From Acaryochloris marina S15 (GTDB lineage: Bacteria; Cyanobacteriota; Cyanobacteriia; Thermosynechococcales; Thermosynechococcaceae): a DNA stretch of 32,000 nt. How positions within the stretch are numbered: position 1 is the first letter of the stretch; each line of letters begins with the position of its first letter. The stretch covers positions 270,001-302,000 of the forward strand of contig NZ_CP064923.1 in the NCBI RefSeq assembly GCF_018336915.1, given 5' to 3'. A program made the position numbers and the translations under genes. The notes under the pieces were generated by a model, which worked only from the letters and a program-made list of their open reading frames with translations, did not search any database and had not been told where the DNA came from. Positions 24,721 to 32,000 of this stretch are shown here, one piece after another.

Positions 24721-27700
24721 ATGTTGGGGACAATCGCGGACTGTCGTCTGGTTGAGCATCTATATGAGAGTGAGAATTCCATTGTTTATCGGGGTCAACG
24801 ACAGGCTGAGCCGCATCAGGTCATTCTGAAAGTTCTGAAAGAGGATTACCCAACTGCCTCGGAACTGACTCGGTATCGCCAAGAATATGAGATTACCCGC
24901 AGCCTAGAACTTGAAGGGGTGATCAAAGTGCTGGGGTTAGAACCCTATCAACGAACCCTAGCCATTATTTTGGAAGATGTGGAAGGGGTGTCCCTCAAGA
25001 CTTATTACCAGGGAAAGGCCGTTCCGCTGGTTGAGTTTTTACCCCTAGCCATTAGTATTACCGAGGTATTAGGCCGGATCCACAGCCAAAATGTCATCCA
25101 TAAGGATCTGAATCCTAGCAACATCATTTTTAATCCAGATACCCATCAATTACGGATCATCGATTTTGGCATTTCTACTCAGCTGAGCCGAGAAACAACG
25201 ATTCTCAAAAACCCTCGCATCCTCGAAGGAACGCTGCCCTATATCGCTCCTGAACAAACGGGGCGCATGAATCGTTCCTTGGATTATCGGACAGACTTCT
25301 ATGCCTTGGGGGTGATGTTTTATGAGCTGCTAACGGGACAGTTACCCTTTACCGCCAAGGATCCGCTGAAATTAGTCCATTGCCACCTCGCCCAACAGCC
25401 CATCCCTCCCAGTCAAGTCAATTTCGATATTCCTGGGGTGATGTCTGACTTGGTGATGATCTTAATGGCGAAAACCGCCGAGGAACGGTATCAGAGTGCC
25501 TTTGGGATTCAAGCTGATTTGACTGCCTGTTGGCAACAACTCAAGCAAACTGGGGAAATTCGCGCCTTTCCGCTCCGTACCCAGGATCATTCAGATAAGT
25601 TTCATATTCCCCAAAAGCTCTATGGGCGGTCCCAAGAAATTGCAGCCTTATTAACAGCATTTGAGCGGGTCAATCACCCTCAAGATCCGACCAAGAGTAG
25701 TGAAATGATGCTGGTGGCGGGTTACTCCGGAATTGGTAAATCGGCTTTAGTTGCAGAAGTCCATAAGCCGATTACCGAAAAGCAAGGGTACTTTATCTCT
25801 GGGAAGTATGACCAATTTCAGCGAGATGTGCCCTACTCGGCTGTCATCAGTGCGTTTCAAGATTTAGTCAAGCAACTTTTGACTGAAAGTGAAACCCAGC
25901 TAGACCAATGGCGACAAAGATTACTGGCGGCCTTGGGACCTAATGGTCAGGTTATCATTGACGTCATCCCTGAAATTGAGCTGATTACGGGGCCTCAGCC
26001 TCCGGTGCCTGAACTAGGGCCTGCAGAAGCCTTGAATCGGTTCAATCTGGCATTTCAAAATTTTATTCGGGTGTTTTGCACCCCAGCTCACCCCTTGGTG
26101 GTGTTTTTAGATGATTTGCAATGGGCGGATTCCGCCAGCTTGAAGTTGATCAAGCTGATGATGATGGATCGGCAAATGCGATCGCTGCTGTTAATCGGCG
26201 CTTACCGTGACAACGAAGTCGATGCCACCCATCCGTTGATGACCTTGGTGAAGCAGCTTTGGCAAGAAAAAGTCAACATCCATACGATTACTCTCCAGCC
26301 CCTCTCTCAACTGCATCTGTGTCAGCTGATTGCGGATACGGTTCACCATAATTTAGAGACTACCCTGTCCTTGGCAGAGCTGGTCCTGAATAAAACCGAA
26401 GGGAATCCTTTTTTTGTCAATGAATTTCTGAAAAATCTTTATACGGAAGCGCTGTTGCAGTTTAATTCTCGTGCTCAACAGTGGGAATGGGATATCGCCC
26501 AAATTCAGTCTCAAGATCTCACGGATAACGTGATCGAACTACTGATTAGTAAGCTGAAAAAATTACCCTCTGCTACCCAAGATGCCCTGCGGCTGGCTGC
26601 TTGTGTGGGAGCTGAATTTGATCTGCATACCCTCAGCTTGATTCGTCAGCAATCCCACACGGAGGTGTTTGCAGATTTGAAAGTCGCGATTCAGCTCGGG
26701 TTGATCTTTCCCCAGTCTGAGCTGAATGATGCATTAGTGATTACAGATTTTCGCTTTGGTCATGACCGGATTCAACAAGCCGCTTATGCCCTAATCGATC
26801 CTGACAGGCGCTCTACGGTGCACTTGAGCATTGGCCGGTTGCTGTGGCATAACGTGGAACCGGATCAACTGGCAGAGCGTATTTTTGAGGTGGTGGATCA
26901 TCTCAATCAGGCGCTCCCCCTGATTACGGATCTAGAAGAACAAGATCAGGTCGCCCAACTTAACCTCAAAGCCGGCCAGAAAGCGAAATCAGCTACGGCT
27001 TATAGTGCTGCTGTGCGGTATCTACAAACAGGATTGAGTTTGGTGGGGGAGACGGGATGGCAAAAAGCCTATCCCCTAACTCTTTGGCTTCACCAAGAAG
27101 CAGTTGAAGCTGCTTATCTCCACCAAGATTATCCCCAGCAAGAACAGCTGACAACCGTGGTGCAGCAGCAGGCCAGAACCGTGTTGGATATGGTGAAAGT
27201 CTACCGGGTCAAAATTTTGGCTCGCTCTGCTCAGAATCGTCATCTAGAAGCAACGGATATTGGCTTTGAGATTTTGGAGCGCCTGGGAATCACGTTTGTA
27301 GACCCCACCCTCGAGAATTTACAGCAGGAATTGGATCAAACCAAGCAGCTCTGTGCGGATCGCTCGATTCAAGATTTGATCCGGTTGTCTCCTATGGCGG
27401 CTGAGGATAAACTCGCCGCGATGCAGATCCTCTCGGATATTTTGTCCTCTGGGTATCAAGCTTCTTTTGAACGCTTTATTCTCAGTAATCTGAAGCAAAT
27501 TCACTTATCCCTTACCTATGGCAATACGGCTCCCTCCGCGTTTGCTTACGATTGTTATGGCATTACCCTCTGTGGGGTGGTGGGAGATATTGAAGCAGGC
27601 TACCAGTTTGGACGGTTAGCCCTAGCGGTGGTCGATCAGTTTCAGGCGAAAAAGACCAAGAGTCGGGTGGTCTTTGTGTTCAATGCGTTTGTGCGCCACT

Positions 27701-30234
27701 GGACTGACCCCCTGAATTTGACGATTCCTGATTTGCATGAAGGGTATCAGATTGGGTTAGAAACCGGGGATTTAGAATATGCCAGCTATTCCCTTTGTTG
27801 GGAGGCGATGCATTCTTTGCTGACGGGGGAGAAACTGCCAGATTTAGCATTGCGCATGCTGGAGTTTCAGCAAGCCATTGCTGGGTTTCAACAGGCGGCT
27901 TGCCTGCTCTATTTGCAAATTTTTCAACAGGTGACGTCCCACTTAACGGAGCCCAACTTGGATCCGACCTGCTTATCCGGGACTTACCTGCAAGAACGAC
28001 AGGTCATTGTGGACAGTGCGGATAATAAGTTAGCTCTGGCTTTCTTTTATACCCTCAAAGCTCAGGTGGCTTACCTGTTGGGACAGCCGGCGACGGCCTT
28101 AGAGAGTACCCAAAAAGCGGTTGATTATGTGGATGGCATGACGGCTGCGGCGACGGTGGCGAGCCTCAATTTTTACGATTCTCTTGCTCGCCTGGCCCTT
28201 TACGAGGCTCTGCCTCCTGTTGAGCAAGAGCAGATGCTAGCAAGGGTGGCGACCAATCAAGACCAGCTGCAGAAATGGGCTGTCCATGCCCCGGCCAACC
28301 ACCAGCATAAATATTGTCTGGTAGAAGCGGAGCGTTTTCGGGTATTGAGACAACTTCAACAGGCGGGGGAGGCCTATGATCGGGCGATTGCCCTGGCCCA
28401 GTCTCATCATTATCCGAATGAAGCAGCCTTAGCTAATGAGCTGGCGGCGAAGTGTTTTCTGCAGCAAGAACGGGATAATTTTGCCCGGGTGTATCTGAAT
28501 GAAGCCTATTACGGGTACTACTGTTGGGGGGCAACGGCTAAATTACGACAACTGGAAGCGTCCTATCCTTATCTGCTGGCCCAGCAAGTGATCCATTCCC
28601 AACAGGGCACCATCCCGACTACCCCCTTGGTGGCAGCAGCAGCGACGAGTACTATTCGCACTGGTCAAGCGCTGGATCTCTCCACGGTCTTGCAGGCATC
28701 ACAAGCGATTGCGGGGGAAATTGTCCTCGATAAGCTGTTGATGACCCTGATCAAAATTCTGGTCCGCAATGCGGGTGCCCAAGTGGGTCATTTAATCCTG
28801 AATGTGGAAGGTCGGCTAGTGATTGAGGCATCTTTTAACTCCCAGTCTGGCCAGAGCCAGGTGTTGCAGTCTCAATCGTTTGCTGGACAGCTTCCCGACA
28901 GTATCGTCAACTACGTGCTCCGTACTCAGGAGAGTGTTGTTCTTCAGCAGGCTACCCAAGACAGTAACTTTGGTCTGGACGCTTATATCACGACCCATCA
29001 GCCGAAATCGATTCTCTGTGCTCCGCTGATGAATCAAGGACAATTGAGCGGGATTCTCTATTTAGAAAACAACCTGACGACGGGGGCCTTTACGGCAGAC
29101 CGTTTAGAGATTTTGCAGCTGCTGTCGGGACAGGCTGCGATCGCAATCGACAATGCGCGCCTTTATACCAACCTGGAAGAGAAAGTCGATGAACGGACCC
29201 AGGAACTCTCCCAAGCTCTAGAAGACCTGCAGTTGGCCCAAGACGGCCTGATTCAGTCAGAAAAAATGGCGGCCTTGGGCCAACTGATTGCTGGGGTCGC
29301 CCATGAAATTAATACTCCCTTGGGTGCGATTCGATCTTCGATTGAATATATTGCCAATTTCCTCGATCAGCATCTGACGACCCTGCCACAATTTTTTCGG
29401 GAGTTAACCCCCCAGCAGGCAGAGCAGTTTAAATCGTTACTCCTGCGTGCCTTAACCCCTTCACCGACCTTGTCAGGTCGCGAACGACGCCATACCCGCA
29501 AGGCTTTGGCCAAGCAACTATCTGAACAAGGGATTGCCTCGGCAGAGTCCCTGGCCAGTTTATTGCTGGATCTAGGGATTTGTGATGGCATCCATGACCT
29601 CCTTCCCCTTCTATCTGAACCCGAGAGCGAACCCTTATTAAAGATGGTGCGCCAGTTTACGCGGGTGCGAGAAAGTACGCGGGATATTTCTACCGCGAGC
29701 GATCGTTCTGCCAAAATTGTGTTTGCCCTGAAAACCTATGCTCGCTACGACCATAGCGGTGAAAAGATTGAAGCCAATATCACGGACGGCATCGAGGCCG
29801 TATTAACCCTGTATCACAACCAAATCAAACATGGGGTGACGGTTCATCGCTCCTTCGCCGAACTCCCCCCTATCGCCTGCTATTTTGATGAACTTAATCA
29901 GGTGTGGACCAACCTGCTACACAATGCTCTGCAGGCCATGGACCATCAAGGCACCCTTGACATTGATGTCAGCCAACAGGCGGATCAAGTCTGCGTCAAG
30001 ATTACCGACAACGGTCCTGGCGTTCCCCCTGAGCTGCAAGGCAAAATTTTTGAGCCCTTTTTCACCACCAAACCCCCCGGTGAAGGCAGTGGTTTAGGTC
30101 TTGACATTGTCCACAAAATAATTGACAAGCATCAGGGTACCCTAAGCTTGGACTCCGTTCCTGGCCGTACAACCTTTAGTGTGACCTTGCCCATATCTGT
30201 CATTCCAACCCCTCAACCGACTCCTGCCCTATGA
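24721..30234 (+). CDS. multidomain sensor: Ser/Thr-kinase-like domain, AAA_16/STAND ATPase, helical-repeat region, GAF, histidine kinase (HstK-type)
   Basis: Kinase-like domain: 'VILKVLK', 'HKDLNPSNIIF', 'IIDFGIS', 'LPYIAPEQ'. P-loop ATPase: Walker A 'GYSGIGKSAL' (about 25720-25746), Walker B 'VVFLDDLQWAD'. Next comes a helical region of about 650 aa. The GAF domain ends 'AAIAIDNARLY'. A coiled coil precedes the H-box 'AALGQLIAGVAHEINTPLGAI' (His codon 29302-29304). The N-box is 'NLLHNALQA', G1 is 'ITDNGPGVP' and G2 is 'GEGSGLGLDIV'. No TM segments were seen. Confidence 0.9.
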   Translation: MLGTIADCRLVEHLYESENSIVYRGQRQAEPHQVILKVLKEDYPTASELTRYRQEYEITRSLELEGVIKVLGLEPYQRTLAIILEDVEGVSLKTYYQGKAVPLVEFLPLAISITEVLGRIHSQNVIHKDLNPSNIIFNPDTHQLRIIDFGISTQLSRETTILKNPRILEGTLPYIAPEQTGRMNRSLDYRTDFYALGVMFYELLTGQLPFTAKDPLKLVHCHLAQQPIPPSQVNFDIPGVMSDLVMILMAKTAEERYQSAFGIQADLTACWQQLKQTGEIRAFPLRTQDHSDKFHIPQKLYGRSQEIAALLTAFERVNHPQDPTKSSEMMLVAGYSGIGKSALVAEVHKPITEKQGYFISGKYDQFQRDVPYSAVISAFQDLVKQLLTESETQLDQWRQRLLAALGPNGQVIIDVIPEIELITGPQPPVPELGPAEALNRFNLAFQNFIRVFCTPAHPLVVFLDDLQWADSASLKLIKLMMMDRQMRSLLLIGAYRDNEVDATHPLMTLVKQLWQEKVNIHTITLQPLSQLHLCQLIADTVHHNLETTLSLAELVLNKTEGNPFFVNEFLKNLYTEALLQFNSRAQQWEWDIAQIQSQDLTDNVIELLISKLKKLPSATQDALRLAACVGAEFDLHTLSLIRQQSHTEVFADLKVAIQLGLIFPQSELNDALVITDFRFGHDRIQQAAYALIDPDRRSTVHLSIGRLLWHNVEPDQLAERIFEVVDHLNQALPLITDLEEQDQVAQLNLKAGQKAKSATAYSAAVRYLQTGLSLVGETGWQKAYPLTLWLHQEAVEAAYLHQDYPQQEQLTTVVQQQARTVLDMVKVYRVKILARSAQNRHLEATDIGFEILERLGITFVDPTLENLQQELDQTKQLCADRSIQDLIRLSPMAAEDKLAAMQILSDILSSGYQASFERFILSNLKQIHLSLTYGNTAPSAFAYDCYGITLCGVVGDIEAGYQFGRLALAVVDQFQAKKTKSRVVFVFNAFVRHWTDPLNLTIPDLHEGYQIGLETGDLEYASYSLCWEAMHSLLTGEKLPDLALRMLEFQQAIAGFQQAACLLYLQIFQQVTSHLTEPNLDPTCLSGTYLQERQVIVDSADNKLALAFFYTLKAQVAYLLGQPATALESTQKAVDYVDGMTAAATVASLNFYDSLARLALYEALPPVEQEQMLARVATNQDQLQKWAVHAPANHQHKYCLVEAERFRVLRQLQQAGEAYDRAIALAQSHHYPNEAALANELAAKCFLQQERDNFARVYLNEAYYGYYCWGATAKLRQLEASYPYLLAQQVIHSQQGTIPTTPLVAAAATSTIRTGQALDLSTVLQASQAIAGEIVLDKLLMTLIKILVRNAGAQVGHLILNVEGRLVIEASFNSQSGQSQVLQSQSFAGQLPDSIVNYVLRTQESVVLQQATQDSNFGLDAYITTHQPKSILCAPLMNQGQLSGILYLENNLTTGAFTADRLEILQLLSGQAAIAIDNARLYTNLEEKVDERTQELSQALEDLQLAQDGLIQSEKMAALGQLIAGVAHEINTPLGAIRSSIEYIANFLDQHLTTLPQFFRELTPQQAEQFKSLLLRALTPSPTLSGRERRHTRKALAKQLSEQGIASAESLASLLLDLGICDGIHDLLPLLSEPESEPLLKMVRQFTRVRESTRDISTASDRSAKIVFALKTYARYDHSGEKIEANITDGIEAVLTLYHNQIKHGVTVHRSFAELPPIACYFDELNQVWTNLLHNALQAMDHQGTLDIDVSQQADQVCVKITDNGPGVPPELQGKIFEPFFTTKPPGEGSGLGLDIVHKIIDKHQGTLSLDSVPGRTTFSVTLPISVIPTPQPTPAL

Positions 30235-30626
30235 CAAAACTGGCCATTCTTTGTGTTGATGACGAAGTCATTATTCTCAATAGCCTCCTGCGACAGCTGC
30301 AAACTGCGTTTGACGATAACTACATCTATGAAACTGCCGAAAATGCTAGCGAAGCCTTGGAGCTGATTGAAGAACTGCAGGAAGAAAATACAGATCTGTT
30401 AGTGATCGTGTCTGATTGGTTAATGCCTGGAGCTAAAGGAGATGAATTTCTGATTCAAGTCCATCAGAAGTTCCCCGGGGTGGTCAAGATTTTGCTGACC
30501 GGTCAAGCCGATGAAGCGGCGGTAGAAAGAGCACAATCCCAGGCCAATCTGTTTAACTGTTTACGTAAACCTTGGAGTGAGAGTGATCTCATTCAATGTA
30601 TTCAATCAGCCTTAGGGACGGTGTAA
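30231..30626 (+). CDS. single-domain response regulator (CheY-like receiver)
   Basis: Its ATG overlaps the upstream stop (ATGA at 30231-30234). All receiver signature residues are present: 'CVDDE', 'VIVSDWLMPGAKG' (phospho-acceptor Asp), 'ILLTGQAD' and 'LRKPW'. Confidence 0.9.
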   Translation: MTKLAILCVDDEVIILNSLLRQLQTAFDDNYIYETAENASEALELIEELQEENTDLLVIVSDWLMPGAKGDEFLIQVHQKFPGVVKILLTGQADEAAVERAQSQANLFNCLRKPWSESDLIQCIQSALGTV

Positions 30627-30641
30627 AGACTAATCAGGACG

Positions 30642-31916
30642 ATGCCTAAACCCGTAATTGTTTGTGTAGATGATGAAGTCGCAGTATTAGATAGCCTCCG
30701 GCGTGAGCTATCTGAAGTCTTTGAAGATAGCTGCGAAATAGAAACCGCTATGGGGGGCAAGGATGCCATTGCCCTGGTGCATGACCTGATCGAGGATGAA
30801 TGCGATTTATCGGTGATCATTGCCGATTATCTGATGCCGGATATCAAAGGGGATGAGGTTTTACAACAAGTCCATCAGCTCTCCCCCCAAACCTTAAAAA
30901 TCATGTTGACGGGGCAGGCTAATGTGGATGGCATTTCTAATGCGATTAATACCGCCCAGCTATATCACTATATTGCCAAGCCCTGGCAACCCGAAAATTT
31001 ACAGTTAACGGTGCGAGAAGCCCTCAATAGCTACCAGCTCGCTAAAAAAATTAAAGACTATCAGCAAACTCTAGAACGCAAAGTTGAAGAGCGCACTCAG
31101 GAATTATCCGCAATTCTGCATACCCTCCAAACCACCCAAGCCGAACTGATTCAGGCGGAAAAAATGGCTGCCCTAGGCCAGTTAGTGGCTGGTGTGGCCC
31201 ATGAAATTAACACGCCAGTGGGAAATGCCCTATTAGCTGCCTCTGTTCTGAACAACGAGACCGGTTCCTTAACACAAGCCTTCGACCAGGGGGGGCTAAA
31301 ACGGTCTGCTTTGGTCAGCTATTTACAGACAGCCCAAGAGAGTAGTGGTCTGATCTTGCAAAATCTCCATGGGGCGGCGGCCCTCATTCAAAACTTCAAG
31401 CAAGTTGCAGTCGATCAAACCAGTCATGAACAACGAGAGTTTCAGATCATCCCGTATATTGAGAGTGTATTGACTAATTTGGAGCCGAAATTAAAACAGA
31501 CTCGCCATAGGGTGACGGTCTCAGGGGATGCTGCTCTAAAAACTACTAGTTATCCAGGAGCACTGTCGCAAGTGGCGACCAATTTTGTCATGAATTCCCT
31601 TTTGCATGCCTACCAACCTGGAGAGGCAGGGCAATTAAAATTTAATGTGACTCAACAACAGAATCAGATCATTCTGGAATATACCGATGATGGTTGCGGC
31701 ATTCCTGCAGAAGATCAGCCTAAGATTTTTGAGCCATTCTTTACAACGGGACGAGATCGCGGGGGAAGTGGCTTAGGTTTACATATTGTTCATAATCTAG
31801 TCACCCAAACCCTAGGAGGAACCGTATCTTGTCAGAGTGAGGTTGCCGTGGGAACCCAGTTTAAGCTGCAGTTACCCTTGACCTTAGCAAAAGGGGGGTC
31901 TCATGCCCGAGGATAA
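30642..31916 (+). CDS. hybrid protein: N-terminal receiver plus histidine kinase
   Basis: Receiver: 'CVDDE', 'VIIADYLMPDIKG', 'IMLTGQAN', 'IAKPW'. Then a coiled coil, 'LERKVEERTQELSAILHTLQTTQAELIQAEKMAALGQLVAGVAHEINTPVGNA' (H-box His codon 31200-31202), and an HATPase_c domain ('MNSLLHAYQ', 'YTDDGCGIP', 'GGSGLGLHIVHNLV'). Confidence 0.9.
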   Translation: MPKPVIVCVDDEVAVLDSLRRELSEVFEDSCEIETAMGGKDAIALVHDLIEDECDLSVIIADYLMPDIKGDEVLQQVHQLSPQTLKIMLTGQANVDGISNAINTAQLYHYIAKPWQPENLQLTVREALNSYQLAKKIKDYQQTLERKVEERTQELSAILHTLQTTQAELIQAEKMAALGQLVAGVAHEINTPVGNALLAASVLNNETGSLTQAFDQGGLKRSALVSYLQTAQESSGLILQNLHGAAALIQNFKQVAVDQTSHEQREFQIIPYIESVLTNLEPKLKQTRHRVTVSGDAALKTTSYPGALSQVATNFVMNSLLHAYQPGEAGQLKFNVTQQQNQIILEYTDDGCGIPAEDQPKIFEPFFTTGRDRGGSGLGLHIVHNLVTQTLGGTVSCQSEVAVGTQFKLQLPLTLAKGGSHARG

Positions 31917-32000
31917 GCCCTTGACCGGAACCTTAGAAGCCGATGATGAGCTCCAATTTTTAGAGGAGTTATCCTATCATTCCTCGAAGGAGGCTATGCC
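31903..32000 (+). CDS. 5' end of a further ORF in the signalling operon (truncated by the window)
   Basis: The ATG at 31903 overlaps the upstream gene by 14 nt. The frame stays open to the window end (MPEDKPLTGTLEADDELQFLEELSYHSSKEAM...). The product cannot be identified from 32 codons. Confidence 0.3.
   Translation, partial: MPEDKPLTGTLEADDELQFLEELSYHSSKEAM

Noticed and set aside
24739-25527. Possibility that the N-terminal Ser/Thr kinase domain is a pseudokinase (degenerate Gly-rich loop 'YESENSIVYRG'; catalytic loop 'HKDLNPSN' with Asn in place of the usual Lys)
   Set aside because: The catalytic Asp, the VxxK lysine, DFG and APE are all present. From memory, the 'HKDxNPxN' variant and the glycine-poor loop are typical of this whole kinase-AAA-GAF-HK family. 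The deviation is therefore a family trait, not a decay signal. Activity remains to be tested.
1-32000. Scan for CRISPR arrays, tRNA, rRNA, integrase/att sites, toxin-antitoxin pairs and known defence-system signatures
   Set aside because: By eye I found no regularly spaced direct repeats, no cloverleaf-like or rRNA-like segments, and no small adjacent ORF pairs with TA-like features. The only mobile-element signal is the transposase fragment at the left edge.

Overview
The window looks like a cyanobacterial chromosomal segment. It holds 8 perfect HIP1 octamers (GCGATCGC), against about 0.5 expected by chance, and its gene content is typical of the phylum. I found no rRNA, tRNA or CRISPR array. 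The left edge (1-815, minus strand) carries the 5' part of an IS4/IS1634-type transposase next to a small lipoprotein gene. From left to right, the other genes are: (1) a multi-TM membrane protein, a SpoIID/LytB-domain protein, two small secreted proteins and an SRPBCC protein; (2) recA, preceded by a zinc-ribbon SAM methyltransferase and flanked by two Tat-signal phosphatases, one PhoX/DUF839-like and one PhoD; (3) a 119-aa protein made of five 19-aa 'LPxNRPI...LEVVD' repeats, followed by a J-domain/pentapeptide-repeat fusion; (4) a convergent pair of reductases (a classical SDR and an extended-SDR aldehyde-reductase-like protein), then a small membrane protein gene divergent from an MmyB-like XRE regulator; (5) a co-directional minus-strand cluster of lipoxygenase, cytochrome P450 and sulfotransferase; (6) a signalling operon on the plus strand, read divergently from the lipoxygenase gene across a 680-bp AT-rich spacer. 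The operon encodes a 1.8-kaa Ser/Thr-kinase/AAA-ATPase/GAF/histidine-kinase protein (HstK-type), a single-domain receiver, a receiver-histidine-kinase hybrid and the start of a fourth ORF. The strongest candidate for an undescribed system is the lipoxygenase-P450-sulfotransferase cluster. Its P450 lacks the canonical I-helix acid-alcohol pair. Reductases and a possibly lipid-sensing MmyB-type regulator lie nearby. Together these suggest a bacterial oxylipin pathway, possibly making a sulfated product. All functional calls rest on motifs read by eye from the translations. No database search was possible.
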